A stretch of DNA of 64,000 nucleotides from an uncultured Spirochaetota bacterium. GTDB taxonomy: Bacteria > Spirochaetota > Spirochaetia > SZUA-6 > Fen-1364. Location of the stretch: positions 256,001 to 320,000 of the forward strand of contig CAWAHW010000007.1 of assembly GCA_963781885.1 (NCBI GenBank), read 5' to 3'. Below the pieces are notes generated by a model that saw only the letters and a program-made list of their open reading frames with translations, searched no databases and was not told where the DNA came from. This document shows, in pieces, positions 49,757 to 64,000 of the stretch (position 1 is the stretch's first letter; every line of letters starts with the position of its first letter). The position numbers were made by a program, and so were the translations under genes.

Positions 49757-50959
49757 TCAGCCGACGATGGGCTTCACCTTCTGCACGAACTCTTCCGCCT
49801 TGCGCGCGATCTCCTCATCGGTGGACAGCACCGTGATGCCGAAGTTCGCCCCGATGCCCGGGTCCACCACCCCCACGCTCAGGTTCACCGCCCGGGCCAG
49901 GATGGCATCCGTCTTGGGCAGCATGCCCTTCTTGTTCGGCCGCCGTCCCTTCTCGTCCTCCCAGGACAGGATCTGCTCCATGTGGTTGTACACGTGCCAC
50001 CCGCTGTCGGCAACCGTCTTCACGTTCAGCACCGTGGCCACCTTGCGCGTGGCCGCCTCATCGGGGAACAGCACCGTCAGCATCGTGGCGATCTCCCCGG
50101 CATCATTGATCTTGCGATAGCCCATGTTGCGGATGCCCCCCGCCTCGATGGCGGCCTTGAACTTGCGCTTCTTGTCGCGCAGCATCCCCACGATCCTGTC
50201 CAGCTTGCGAAGCTGCGCCAGCCCCACCGCCCCGGTCAGCTCGTTGATGCGCAGGTTGATGCCCACCATGGATCGCGCCCCGATCTCAAGGCCCATGCGC
50301 AGCGGCTTGTGCCCCTGGTCGTGGTAGCCGAAGGCCCGCTCGTACAGCTCGTCGGAGTCGCTGGTGACCATGCCCGCGTCGCCGGTGGTGATCGTCTTGT
50401 TGATGTTCAGCGAGAAGGCGTTGATCGCACCAAAAGAGCCGGTCATCTTGCCCTTGTAGCTGGCCCCCAGCGACTGGCAGGCGTCCTCCAGCACGGGAAT
50501 CTTGTGCTTCTTCGCGATGGCCATGATGGCGTCGATGTCGCTGGGGTTCCCCAGCATGTGCACCGGCACGATCGCTTTCGTGCGCTTGGTGATGCGCCGC
50601 TCGACGTCGGCGGGGTCCAGCGTCAGCGACTCGTCGACCTCGGCGAGCACCGGCGTGCCGCCCACCGCGATGACCGCCGAGATGGAGGCCACGAAGGTGT
50701 AGCCGGGCACGATCACCTCATCGCCGCGTCCCACCCCCAGGGCGATCAGTGCCGCCATCAGGGAGCTGGTGCCGCCGTTGGTGGCAAGGGCATGCTTGAC
50801 GCCCATCTTTTTGGCGAACTCCTGCTCCAGGGTCACGACCTTGTGCTTGAAGCGCGGATCGCTCTCCTGGCCGTAGCGGGAGAGGTAGCCGCTCTCCAGT
50901 ACATCCATGACCTCCTTGCGCTCTTCATCACCGAACAGATAGGCTCCCGGACCTGCCAT
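49757..50959 (-). CDS. DegT/DnrJ/EryC1/StrS PLP aminotransferase
   Basis: PVHMLG, EDACQS and FSLNINKTITTGDAG (PLP lysine). Confidence 0.92.
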   Translation of the reverse strand: MAGPGAYLFGDEERKEVMDVLESGYLSRYGQESDPRFKHKVVTLEQEFAKKMGVKHALATNGGTSSLMAALIALGVGRGDEVIVPGYTFVASISAVIAVGGTPVLAEVDESLTLDPADVERRITKRTKAIVPVHMLGNPSDIDAIMAIAKKHKIPVLEDACQSLGASYKGKMTGSFGAINAFSLNINKTITTGDAGMVTSDSDELYERAFGYHDQGHKPLRMGLEIGARSMVGINLRINELTGAVGLAQLRKLDRIVGMLRDKKRKFKAAIEAGGIRNMGYRKINDAGEIATMLTVLFPDEAATRKVATVLNVKTVADSGWHVYNHMEQILSWEDEKGRRPNKKGMLPKTDAILARAVNLSVGVVDPGIGANFGITVLSTDEEIARKAEEFVQKVKPIVG

Positions 50960-51021
50960 GACATGACCTCCTTTGTTGGAATATTGATGAGGCCGGGGCG
51001 ATATGCCCGCAGCCGGGGAGC

Positions 51022-51125
51022 ATCATATATGGATTGTAAATTACTGTCAAGAAATAATGTAAAAATTGATTTTGAAAAAGTTTATTTTCATTTCATTTGA
51101 CAGCAAGAAAAATCCGTGATAATCT
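51022..51125. promoter_or_regulatory. divergent promoters with palindromic operator
   Basis: Minus strand TTGACA-N17-TATGAT; plus strand TTGACA(51097)-N17-TAATCT with an extended TG; TGAAAA-N6-TTTTCA at 51073-51090. Confidence 0.6.
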
Positions 51126-51249
51126 GGCACCGAAATTCGATTAGCGGTAGTATTACAGACCCATCACGCCAAAGAGAGGAGGTGAGCTTCATTTCATTCT
51201 CTGACGGTCAGAAAGACGTCATTCTTTCCAAAAATCAAAGGGAGGAGAC

Positions 51250-52353
51250 ATGAAAAAGCTATTCCTTGTCCTCTGCATTCTCGCCCTCGCGGGAGCGAGC
51301 TCTTTCGCCGCGCCGAAGGAGATCGTCTTCCAGGACAATCAATCCGGCGCAAACTTCCAGCAGTGGTTCCAGACGATCGCGCTGCCGGCGGCGGAGGAGT
51401 TCCTGGGCGTCAAGATCAAGTACGTCGTGGGAAGCGACGCGGAAACCATCGAGCGCATGAAAGCCTGGAAGACGGGACAGGGCGACATCACCGTGATATT
51501 CCCCAAGTCGCTCGCTCTCTACGTCAAGACCCCCCAGATTTCGCTGGATAACCTCACGACGACACTGGTCCCGAACATGGCCAAGATTGACCCGACGCTC
51601 CAGGTGTCGACGGAAGGCGTGCCGGTGGCGAACAAGGGCGCCGCGTACTGGTTCAGCACCTACGCCCTCATCTACAACTCCGACCAGGTCAAGAACCCGC
51701 CGAAATCCTGGCAGGAGTTCTATGATCGCCGCGCGGAGTGGAAGGGGCACATCGGATTCATACGGCCCGATGCGAAGTCAAGCGGCGGCTGGCGCCAGCC
51801 GTTTGCATTCCTGAATGCATTCTGCGATTTCTCCAAGAAGTTCGACCCGAATGCGGCGGATTTCCAGGCAGCCTGGGCCAAGCTGAAGGATTTCTACACC
51901 TATTGCCAGCTGCCGCTCGCGGCTGAGCCGACGAACGCATTTGAGAACTTCAACGCGGGCGACACGTGGATCACCGTATATGCCATGGACTACTCGCTCT
52001 GGTCGGCGCGGCAGGGAACCATGCCACCCTCCACCAAGGCCATGTTCCTTGACCCGGGCATCGACGCCGGCGGCGCAGCGTACCTGGCCGTTCCGTCGAA
52101 CATCCCCGCGGAGAACAAGGCGATCGCCTACAAGCTCATCAACTATTTGCTGTCCGACGACCAGCAGAGCCGCATGGTGAGCACCATGTGGCAGTACAAC
52201 AGCACGATGATCACCGACAAGGTGCCGGGCATCGTCTGGGAGCAGATCCCCAAGATAGAAGTTGCCAAGAAGGCCTCGATCCCGCCCGAGCGGGTCAATG
52301 CGGACGCCATCACCTACATCAAGAAGAACGCTGTGGGAATCATCCCGCAATAG
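51250..52353 (+). CDS. ABC substrate-binding protein (PotD/FbpA/thiamine-like cluster)
   Basis: Signal peptide, LIYNSD..PPKSW, PDAKSSGG and INYLLS. Confidence 0.85.
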   Translation: MKKLFLVLCILALAGASSFAAPKEIVFQDNQSGANFQQWFQTIALPAAEEFLGVKIKYVVGSDAETIERMKAWKTGQGDITVIFPKSLALYVKTPQISLDNLTTTLVPNMAKIDPTLQVSTEGVPVANKGAAYWFSTYALIYNSDQVKNPPKSWQEFYDRRAEWKGHIGFIRPDAKSSGGWRQPFAFLNAFCDFSKKFDPNAADFQAAWAKLKDFYTYCQLPLAAEPTNAFENFNAGDTWITVYAMDYSLWSARQGTMPPSTKAMFLDPGIDAGGAAYLAVPSNIPAENKAIAYKLINYLLSDDQQSRMVSTMWQYNSTMITDKVPGIVWEQIPKIEVAKKASIPPERVNADAITYIKKNAVGIIPQ

Positions 52354-52368
52354 CAGGCGGTCGTGAGA

Positions 52369-52390
52369 AGGGAGGACTGCGGTCCTCCCT
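52369..52390 (+). terminator. stem-loop after the SBP gene
   Basis: agggaggac-tgcg-gtcctccct. Confidence 0.5.
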
Positions 52391-52426
52391 CTCCTTGATA
52401 ATCGAAATCACTGACGGGGGTACCGA

Positions 52427-53281
52427 ATGAGGCTCTTACCTTCACGACACCGTGAAGGGCTCACGACAGTCTTGCTTCTCCTGCCGGGCTTTGCGGTTTT
52501 TCTGGGGCTGTTCGTGTACCCGTTCATCATCACGATCGTCCAGAGCCTGCGCCCCGAAGGGGAGACAACGGGCTGGACCTTCGAGTACTACGCGAGCTTC
52601 CTCAGCAGCGCGCACGGACGACAGGTCATCGGCCTGACCTTTTTCCTCGCCGTCGCCACGACGCTGCTCTCCATCCTGCTGAGCGTGCCCCTGGCGCTCA
52701 TCCTGCGGCGGAAGCTGAGGGGACACCGCTTCTTCCGGGTCGTGCCGCTCATTCCTCTGGTGGTCCCGGGTCTCATCGGCGCCCTGGGATTGCTCCTGGT
52801 TTTCGGAAGCCGGGGCTGGTTCAATCTGTTCCTTCGAGACGTGCTGCCGTTCATCCCCAATCCTGTCGCCGTGGACTACACCATTTCCGGGCTGACCTTG
52901 TTCTACGTGTGGCTGTATTTCCCCTACACGCTTCTGACAACCCTCTCCACCCTGGAATCTCTCGATCCCGGCATCGAGGAGGCCGCCCAGGTATCGGGGG
53001 CAAACCCCTGGCGGGTGCTGCGTCACGTCGTTCTGCCGCTGATCATGCCCGGGATACTTTCCGGGTCCGTCCTGACATTCATGAACGCCTTCGGCGCGTT
53101 CAGCATCCCGCTCGTGGCAGGAGGGAACTACCGTCCGTTGTCCGTCGACGTGTACAAGCAGATCCAGCTCTTCGTCCCCGCTCACTGGTCGCAGGCTTGT
53201 TCCATCGCCGTCATCATGGGGGTCATGCAGGTCATCTTCCTGACCTTCTATATGCGCGTGCTGCGCGGAAAAAAAAGGTGA
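52427..53281 (+). CDS. ABC permease (PotB-like)
   Basis: EEAAQVSGA EAA motif and TM helices. Confidence 0.88.
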   Translation: MRLLPSRHREGLTTVLLLLPGFAVFLGLFVYPFIITIVQSLRPEGETTGWTFEYYASFLSSAHGRQVIGLTFFLAVATTLLSILLSVPLALILRRKLRGHRFFRVVPLIPLVVPGLIGALGLLLVFGSRGWFNLFLRDVLPFIPNPVAVDYTISGLTLFYVWLYFPYTLLTTLSTLESLDPGIEEAAQVSGANPWRVLRHVVLPLIMPGILSGSVLTFMNAFGAFSIPLVAGGNYRPLSVDVYKQIQLFVPAHWSQACSIAVIMGVMQVIFLTFYMRVLRGKKR

Positions 53282-53289
53282 GGTAAGAC

Positions 53290-54120
53290 GTGGTAAAATC
53301 CTACACGCGCGGATTGTGGAACGGTCGGCTCATTCTTTCCTATACGCTGCTGGTATGCCTGTCGATCGTCATATTTTCCCCTTTTGCGGTCATCCTGGTG
53401 AAATCCGTCGGCAAGGGCTGGTTTGGCAAGCTGTGGCTGCCGCCCACGCTGACCCTGGACTGGTACAAATGGGCCATCAACGTCGCACACCTGCCGGAAG
53501 TCATGAAGAACACGATCATCGTCGTCGCGATGGCCGTGGCCATGAGCACGATTATCGGCATCTTTTCCGGCTGGGCCTTCGGCCGCCGGCACATTCCCGG
53601 CAAAGAAGTGTTCATGTCCATGATCCTGCTGCCCCGCATGATCCCCCCCATCACCTATGCGCTGGGCATCGCGCGCATCTTCTACGGGCTGAACCTCATC
53701 AACACCCATTTCGGGATCGCCCTGGCGCACGTGACGCTCTGCGCCCCGTATGCGATCCTGGTCATGTCGGCCACCTTCGAAGGTCTCGATGAACGAATGC
53801 TGGAGGCCGCCAGCGTCTGCGGCGCCAACCCACTGCGGACCTTCTTCCACGTCACACTCCCCCAGATCATGCCGGGGATACTCTCTTCGATGATCTTCAC
53901 GTTTACGACGTCGTACAATGAGTTCACACTGACGCTGATGACATACGGTCCGGACACGCTCACCCTGCCCATCCGAACGTATCTGGCCGTTGGAGAAGGG
54001 TACTGGGAGGTCACCAGCGCCATGTCCGTTATCATGGTTCTCCCCTCCCTTCTGATCCTGTTCCTCATTCAGAGACAGGTGAAACCGGAACAATTGGTGG
54101 GAGGTTTCAAAGGACTATGA
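53290..54120 (+). CDS. ABC permease (PotC-like)
   Basis: TLDWY, EAASVCGA, SYNEF and TLPI. Confidence 0.88.
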   Translation: MVKSYTRGLWNGRLILSYTLLVCLSIVIFSPFAVILVKSVGKGWFGKLWLPPTLTLDWYKWAINVAHLPEVMKNTIIVVAMAVAMSTIIGIFSGWAFGRRHIPGKEVFMSMILLPRMIPPITYALGIARIFYGLNLINTHFGIALAHVTLCAPYAILVMSATFEGLDERMLEAASVCGANPLRTFFHVTLPQIMPGILSSMIFTFTTSYNEFTLTLMTYGPDTLTLPIRTYLAVGEGYWEVTSAMSVIMVLPSLLILFLIQRQVKPEQLVGGFKGL

Positions 54121-55205
54121 GCGAATGGATGATCGAGCTGAAAGGCACGACGAAACGGTATGGCACGCTCGTCGCAAACGACAAGGTCGACCTGCAGATC
54201 CCCCGGGGGGAGTTGCTGACCCTTCTGGGTCCCAGCGGCTGCGGGAAGACCACGGCCATGCGCTGCATCACCGGCCACCAACGTCCCGATGCGGGGCGGG
54301 TGTTCATCGACGGACAGGACGTCACCGATCTTCCGACGCACAAGCGGGACCTGGGCATGGTGTTCCAGAACTTCGCGCTTTTTCCGCACCTCACCGTCCA
54401 TGAAAACGTGGACTTTCCCCTGATGATCCGCAACCTTCCCGCCGCCGAGCGCACGCAGCGCGTCAACGAGGCCCTGCGGCTGGTGCGCATGGACCAGCTG
54501 GGGGAGCGCTATCCGCGGCACCTTTCCGGCGGGCAACAGCAGCGCGTCGGGCTGGCCCGGGCGCTGGTGTACCGCCCGCGCGTCCTCCTGCTGGACGAGC
54601 CGCTGTCGAACCTGGACGCGAAGCTGCGCGAAGAGATGCGATTCGAGATCAAGGAGCTCGTCACGCAGCTCCACATGACCGCGGTCTACGTCACCCACGA
54701 CCAGGGGGAAGCCCTGGCGTTGTCAGACAGGGTGGCCGTCATGAACGCCGGGCGCATCCAGCAGATCGGGACTCCCCGGGATATCTTCGAGCAGCCGAAT
54801 TCGCTCTTCGTCGCCGACTTCATCGGTCTTTCGGATTTCATCAAGGCCCGCGTGGAGAGCGCGACGGCAGGCGCCACCTGGGTGGCCGTCAAAGGGCTGC
54901 GCGTGCGCGTCGAGACGCCGCAGCGGCTCGATGCCGGCCAGAACGTGACCCTTTTCATCCGCCCCAACAGGGTGGAGCTCCTCGAAGCGGGCGCGCCGGA
55001 TGGAGAAAACATCTTTGCCGCCCGGGTGGTGAAGCTCACCTACCTGGGGGACAACATCGACTATCGCGTCATGCTGCCCGGTGACTGGGAGATACGCGTG
55101 CAGACAAACAGCCTGCATTACCTGCCGGCCGGCTCGGCCATCAAGGTGAAGCTGCCGCCGGCGCACTGCCACGTGATCGCCGAACAGAAAGGGGAGACTC
55201 CTTAG
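54117..55205 (+). CDS. ABC ATP-binding protein (PotA/FbpC-like, TOBE domain)
   Basis: GPSGCGKT, LSGGQQQRV, DEPLSNLD and VTHDQGEA. Confidence 0.92.
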   Translation: MSEWMIELKGTTKRYGTLVANDKVDLQIPRGELLTLLGPSGCGKTTAMRCITGHQRPDAGRVFIDGQDVTDLPTHKRDLGMVFQNFALFPHLTVHENVDFPLMIRNLPAAERTQRVNEALRLVRMDQLGERYPRHLSGGQQQRVGLARALVYRPRVLLLDEPLSNLDAKLREEMRFEIKELVTQLHMTAVYVTHDQGEALALSDRVAVMNAGRIQQIGTPRDIFEQPNSLFVADFIGLSDFIKARVESATAGATWVAVKGLRVRVETPQRLDAGQNVTLFIRPNRVELLEAGAPDGENIFAARVVKLTYLGDNIDYRVMLPGDWEIRVQTNSLHYLPAGSAIKVKLPPAHCHVIAEQKGETP

Positions 55206-56172
55206 GGGGCCATTCCCAGGTAAGACCGGATGTTTTCCCGTGCCTCGGCGAGGCTGTGGTCGAAATCGACCAGGATCTCCAGGATCATGTCGTCACGATA
55301 ATCGGGAAGACGCGCAAAGACGTCGCGGTAGGGAACGATGCCCCAGCCGGGGGGCATGTGCATGTCCGCTTCACCGAACGCCCAGCGGTCCCGCTCGATC
55401 GAATAGCCCGCGTCGAGCCTGCCGAAGTTGTCGGACACGTGGAGATGCCGAACCCACGGGGCGGCCTCGGCAACGGCGTCCAGATAGGAGAAGCCCCGGT
55501 CATATGACGACAGATGGAGGTGCCCGACGTCGAGAGTCATGGCGACGTGGGGATGATTGACGGCCTCGAGCTGGCGCACGATGGGGCCGATGCGCAGCCG
55601 CGCGAGGTGCGTGTCGATGTCGGCGTCGGGACGCCCGAAGCTGCGGATGATGGTGTGCTCCCAGAGGTGCGGGTCGAGGTTCTCCATGCAGATGATGACG
55701 CCGGCATCCGCGGCGATGGGCGCGAGCTCCTTGAGGGCTTTCACCTCCCGTTGCGCGCCTTCCTCCAGCTCTTCCGCCGTGCGAAGGGTCGCCCGGACCC
55801 GGTTCTCACGTCGTCGAGCGCCTGCAGGCCGCTGTGATACACCAGACGAGTCGCCCCCGTCGCGGCGCAGAGCTCGATCAGGGCGCGCATGATCTTCTTG
55901 CACAGATCGTGCCGCGGGTCATGGGCGAGGTTGAGACGATCATAGCCGTGGATGCTGAAGCGGAGACCCGACTTCTTCGTCACGGCGAGGAAATCGGCGA
56001 GCCGCTTCTGGCGCAGCTCGCCGTCGAAGATCATGGGGAAAAGGGCCGGGTTGATTTCCACAAGGGGAAAGCCGATCTTCTTCAGCCGTTCCAGGGCGAG
56101 CTCCAATTGGCCGGGCGTGAACACCGTCCCCGAAGTCTTCAGACTGACACCGATATTGCCGATTTTTGTCAC
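55202..56172 (-). CDS. sugar phosphate isomerase/epimerase (xylose-isomerase-like TIM barrel; apparent frameshift near 55799)
   Basis: FSIHG, VYHSG, CMEN, LDVGH, HLHVSDN and HMPPG.G. Adding one G to the GGG run joins the frames. Confidence 0.82.
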
Positions 56173-56220
56173 GACAACTCCTTGGCGTAGTAGTGGCACG
56201 AATTTTCGGATTTGACAAGG

Positions 56221-56248
56221 TAATTTGCATATGATTTAATGCAAATTA
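56221..56248. promoter_or_regulatory. palindromic operator in a divergent promoter region
   Basis: TAATTTGCAT-N8-ATGCAAATTA, a few bases downstream of a TTGACA. Confidence 0.65.
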
Positions 56249-56294
56249 AGCCGACACCAAAGGTTAAATTCAATTGATCAGGAGGCAGATTGTT

Positions 56295-57107
56295 GTGAGC
56301 GTGCCGTTTGGACTTCATGCATCCACGATTACCCAGGCAAGCTTTGTCCAGGGGCTTCAAGAGGCCGCATCGGCCGGGTTCTCCGCGTTCGAGCCGGAGC
56401 TTCGTCACGTCGAGGCGTGCACGTCCTCCCAGATCGACGAAGCGCGGGCCGTTCAGAAGGAGCGCGGTCTTGCGCTGCTGCCGCTGAACGACATCGATGC
56501 CTTCGGCGACCTTACGATCGCGCGCGCCCGGGAGATATTCGCCCTCGCGCAGCGGCTCTCGGCCCGGGCGGTCACGGTATGTCCGGTGGCGCCGAATGGG
56601 CCCCTCTCCCTGGATGACGGGGTTGCGTGGATGAAGCGCTTCGTCGCCGAGGCCGCCTCCTTCCAGGTGTCCCTTTACCTGGAGATGATGTGCTTCCCGG
56701 GACGGGCCTTCGGCACCTTCGACGGCGCGCTCCGCCTCGCCGAGAAATCGGGCATGAAGCTCGTTCTCGATACCTTCCACTACTGTTCCGTGGGGGCGAC
56801 GCCGAAACAGATCAGCTCGCTGCCCAAGGAGATGATCGGGATCGTCCATATCTCCGATGCCCTGACCGATGGAAAGAAGCTCAACGAGCTGCTCGATGCG
56901 GACCGCGTGCTTCCCGGCGAAGGCGGCCTGCCCCTTGTGGAGACAATGGACGCCATACGCCAGACCGGCTATCGCGGCGGCATGTCCGTGGAGGTTTTTC
57001 ATCCCAAGTACGCCAAGCTGCGCGCCGCGGACGTTGCACGCGACGCCTTCCGCCGGGCGACCGCGCTCCTGAAAGAGGCCGGATGGACGAGAGAGGTGAT
57101 GGCATGA
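56295..57107 (+). CDS. sugar phosphate isomerase/epimerase, IolI (inosose isomerase)-like
   Basis: LYLE, LVLDTFHY, VHISD, DADRVLPGEG and SVEVF; GGAGG SD. Confidence 0.82.
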   Translation: MSVPFGLHASTITQASFVQGLQEAASAGFSAFEPELRHVEACTSSQIDEARAVQKERGLALLPLNDIDAFGDLTIARAREIFALAQRLSARAVTVCPVAPNGPLSLDDGVAWMKRFVAEAASFQVSLYLEMMCFPGRAFGTFDGALRLAEKSGMKLVLDTFHYCSVGATPKQISSLPKEMIGIVHISDALTDGKKLNELLDADRVLPGEGGLPLVETMDAIRQTGYRGGMSVEVFHPKYAKLRAADVARDAFRRATALLKEAGWTREVMA

Positions 57108-58111
57108 AGCGGGTTGCGCTGGGCATCATTGGGGTGGGCGAGATCGGGACGGTGCATGCGACGAATATCGCACGGGAAGTTCCCGGCGGCCAGCTGGTCG
57201 CCTTTGCCGACACGCGCGTGGAGAAGGCGCGTGAATTGGCGGCGGCGCTTGGCGTGCCGAAGGTGTACGCGCGGGCGGAGGAGCTCCTGGCCGACCGCAA
57301 CGTCGAGGCGGTGCTCATCTGCACGACGCCGGACAGCCATGCGCAGCTGCTCGCTGCCGCGGCGGCCGCGGGGAAAAGCATATTCTGCGAGAAGCCCCTG
57401 GGTCTGGATGTCGCGGAGGCGGAGAAGGCCCTTGCAAAGGTGGAAGCGGCCGGCGTCACGCTCCAGGTCGGCTTCAATCGCCGGTTCGACGCGAGCTTCC
57501 ATCATCTCAAAGAGTACATCGCCGCCGGAAAGCTCGGCACGCCGCACAGCGTCCATATCACGAGCCGCGACCCCGAGCCCCCCGGCAAGGAATATTACGT
57601 CCTGTCCGGCGGGATACTCCTGGACATGACCATTCACGACTTCGACCTCGCGCGTCACCTTATCGGTGACGACATTGTAGAAGTGTACGTCGCCGGATCC
57701 ACTTTCATCGCTCCCTGGCTTGCCGCGCACGGTGACGCGGACACCTTCGCGATCGTCCTCAAGTTCGCGCACGGGGCCGTCGGCATGATCTCCAACTCGT
57801 GCAAGGCGGTCTTCGGGTACGACCAGCGCGTGGAGGTGTTCGGCGACAAGGGCATGGTCGCGGCGACAAATCCGCTTCCCGACACGACCACGGTCGTGAC
57901 CGAGGAGGGGCACCGCACGCCGCCGCTTCTCCACTTCTTCACCGACCGCTACCGTGCCTCCTACGCGGAGGAGCTGCGCCGGTTCGTCGCGTCGGTCGCC
58001 GACAGATCGGCCCCCCCGGTTACCGGGCGTGACGGCCTCATTGGCGTGCGGATCGTGGCGGCGGCGCGGGAGTCGCTGCGCACGGGAGCGCCCGTGAAGG
58101 TGCGCACCTGA
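57104..58111 (+). CDS. iolG: inositol 2-dehydrogenase (Gfo/Idh/MocA)
   Basis: IIGVGEIG, FCEKP, VGFNRRFD, TSRDP, DMTIHDFD and YDQRVEV. Confidence 0.88.
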   Translation: MKRVALGIIGVGEIGTVHATNIAREVPGGQLVAFADTRVEKARELAAALGVPKVYARAEELLADRNVEAVLICTTPDSHAQLLAAAAAAGKSIFCEKPLGLDVAEAEKALAKVEAAGVTLQVGFNRRFDASFHHLKEYIAAGKLGTPHSVHITSRDPEPPGKEYYVLSGGILLDMTIHDFDLARHLIGDDIVEVYVAGSTFIAPWLAAHGDADTFAIVLKFAHGAVGMISNSCKAVFGYDQRVEVFGDKGMVAATNPLPDTTTVVTEEGHRTPPLLHFFTDRYRASYAEELRRFVASVADRSAPPVTGRDGLIGVRIVAAARESLRTGAPVKVRT

Positions 58112-58127
58112 GGTCCCTGGCGGAAAG

Positions 58128-58841
58128 ATGCATCTCTACCTGATCCGCCATGCGGATCCCGACTACGAACGTGACACGCTGACGCGGCAGGGGTTCAGGG
58201 AGACGCGCGCCCTGGCCGGACGCATGAAGAACGTCGGGCTGACCCATGTGTACTCCTCACCCCTCCCGCGGGCCATGCTCACGGCGCAGGCCATCGTGCG
58301 CCGCGGCGCCCTTCCCATCGTCCAGCAGAAGTGGCTGGTCGAGCCCACCCACCTCACCGTCGTGCAGGGCGGGACCATCTACAAGATGTGGGACACCTTC
58401 GGCGAGGATGTGCGGTCCGGGCAGGCGCCGCCCACGCAGGAGGCGTGGAACCGGGTGCCGCCCTTCGACGCCGCGGAGGTGAGTGAGATGTGGCGGGGCT
58501 TTCGCCGGGACGCGGATGAGCTCCTGGCGCGTCACGGATTCGTGCGGGAGGGATGCCGGTACCGCATCCGGCAGAGAAGCACGGACAGGGTTGCCATCGT
58601 CTGCCACAATGGGACGATCCTCCTGTTCCTCGCGCATCTGCTCGAGCTCCCTCTCCCGCTCGCGTGGTGCGGCTTCTACGCGTGGCCCGCGTCCGTGACG
58701 GTATTCCTGATGGAGGAACATTCCCCGACGTGGGCGGTGCCCCGCGCGCTCCAGGTGGCGGATGTCTCCCACCTCTTCGCGGCGCGTCTTTCCCCCCAGC
58801 CGCGCGCGTTCGGCGACGGCGCCTACACGGCCTTTCTGTAA
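58128..58841 (+). CDS. histidine phosphatase family protein
   Basis: LIRHADP, SSPLPRA..TA and VCHNG. Confidence 0.85.
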   Translation: MHLYLIRHADPDYERDTLTRQGFRETRALAGRMKNVGLTHVYSSPLPRAMLTAQAIVRRGALPIVQQKWLVEPTHLTVVQGGTIYKMWDTFGEDVRSGQAPPTQEAWNRVPPFDAAEVSEMWRGFRRDADELLARHGFVREGCRYRIRQRSTDRVAIVCHNGTILLFLAHLLELPLPLAWCGFYAWPASVTVFLMEEHSPTWAVPRALQVADVSHLFAARLSPQPRAFGDGAYTAFL

Positions 58842-58845
58842 GCCC

Positions 58846-63123
<4,278 letters not shown>

Positions 63124-63127
<4 letters not shown>

Positions 63128-64000
63128 ACAGCCGCCGGGGCGCGGCCGTTGCGGCGGCGCTCGCCGGCGCAGCCCTCATTCTTGGCGCATGCTCGGGCCG
63201 CGCCGCGCCCCCCGCGGGTGCACCGTCCGCGGCCTGGTACGCGCTCCAGGCCGACGGCTTTCGTTCCGTGGAGAGCCCGTCCCGCGCGGATACGGTTGCC
63301 CTTCGACCCTGGACGGTGCAGGCGCGGGTGGCGGATCTCACCTGGCTGAATGACGAGCTTTTCTGCGCCTTGAACGGCTCCGGCGTCGCACGCCTCACCA
63401 TCGACGCCTCCGGCCAACCCGCTTTCGCCTATCACCGCGACCCGCTCATCTTTCTGCACCGCACGATCACGACGCTCCTTGCGCGGCAGGGAACTCTCGC
63501 CATTCACCTCTATTACAATGCCCTCCTGAACGATGCCGCGCCGTCGGAGCTCGGGCTGAACGGCATCTGCCTGGTGGAGCTGCACCCGGGGCAGAACGGC
63601 TTCTCCATTCTCGTGCCGCCGTTCCAGAAGAAGAACCCCGACTGGGAAGCGGCGGGCTTTGCCCCGGAATCGGAGAACAGCTTCGATTTCGAGTGGAAAT
63701 ACACCGACGCCGCAGAGACGCGTTTTACCTACACGCGCTACCACGCGGACACGAAAAACGAGGAGACGGTGAGCAGGGATACGTACCTCTCCGCGCTCGG
63801 CGTGCCCTTCATCACCGGCCGGAATGTGCCCTCGGATCTTTCCACGTTTTTTGCCGCGTGCGCGTCGCTCCTGCCGGCCCCGGGCGGGACACCGCCCTCC
63901 AGTTCTCTCTGCGCTCCCGCGAGACCCCCGTGCGCCGCAACTATCGTTCTCTGAAACAGAGTGAGGACGCCGTGCCCATCGCGGTCTTCGAGGAAAAGGG
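63124..64000 (+). CDS. hypothetical lipoprotein (apparent frameshift near 63885; runs off the window; start uncertain)
   Basis: AALILGA-C lipobox. The alternative frame [20 protein letters not shown].. stays open to the window end. Confidence 0.6.

Noticed and set aside
51124-51140. sigma-54 promoters (TGGCAC) here and at about 56194
   Set aside because: The -12 element reads TTCG instead of TTGC, and good sigma-70-like promoters are adjacent.

Overview
High-GC bacterial chromosomal segment. It is probably from a free-living Spirochaetia-like organism; this is an inference from DUF2259, the archaeal/eukaryotic-type ProRS, spirochaete-style lipoproteins and a tRNA lacking an encoded CCA. In order: (1) the tail of a C-P lyase operon (phnL end, phnM, hexapeptide acetyltransferase, inositol-monophosphatase-family gene, 2H phosphoesterase), converging on phnDCEE, which has a Pho-box-like array upstream; (2) an enoate-reductase-like OYE divergent from a GH2 beta-glucuronidase / unknown helical protein / GPH symporter operon; (3) STAS, flavodoxin, and a LacI-sugar ABC-UroD-fold operon; (4) an accessory stretch with a lipoprotein, an adenylate cyclase-TPR protein, TetR modules, a secreted PEGA-WD40-caspase and an ABC-ATPase/HypB-like GTPase/Fe-S triad, ending in a truncated tyrosine integrase beside tRNA-Val(CAC); (5) core-like genes (aroF, DUF2259, ABC exporters); (6) a DegT aminotransferase / polyamine-type ABC / TIM-barrel isomerases / iolG / phosphatase cluster that suggests aminocyclitol catabolism; (7) a large PHP-like membrane protein and proS. 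About seven single-base frameshifts, one of them in proS, indicate read or assembly indel errors. All product calls come from motif recognition by eye; no database searches were run.
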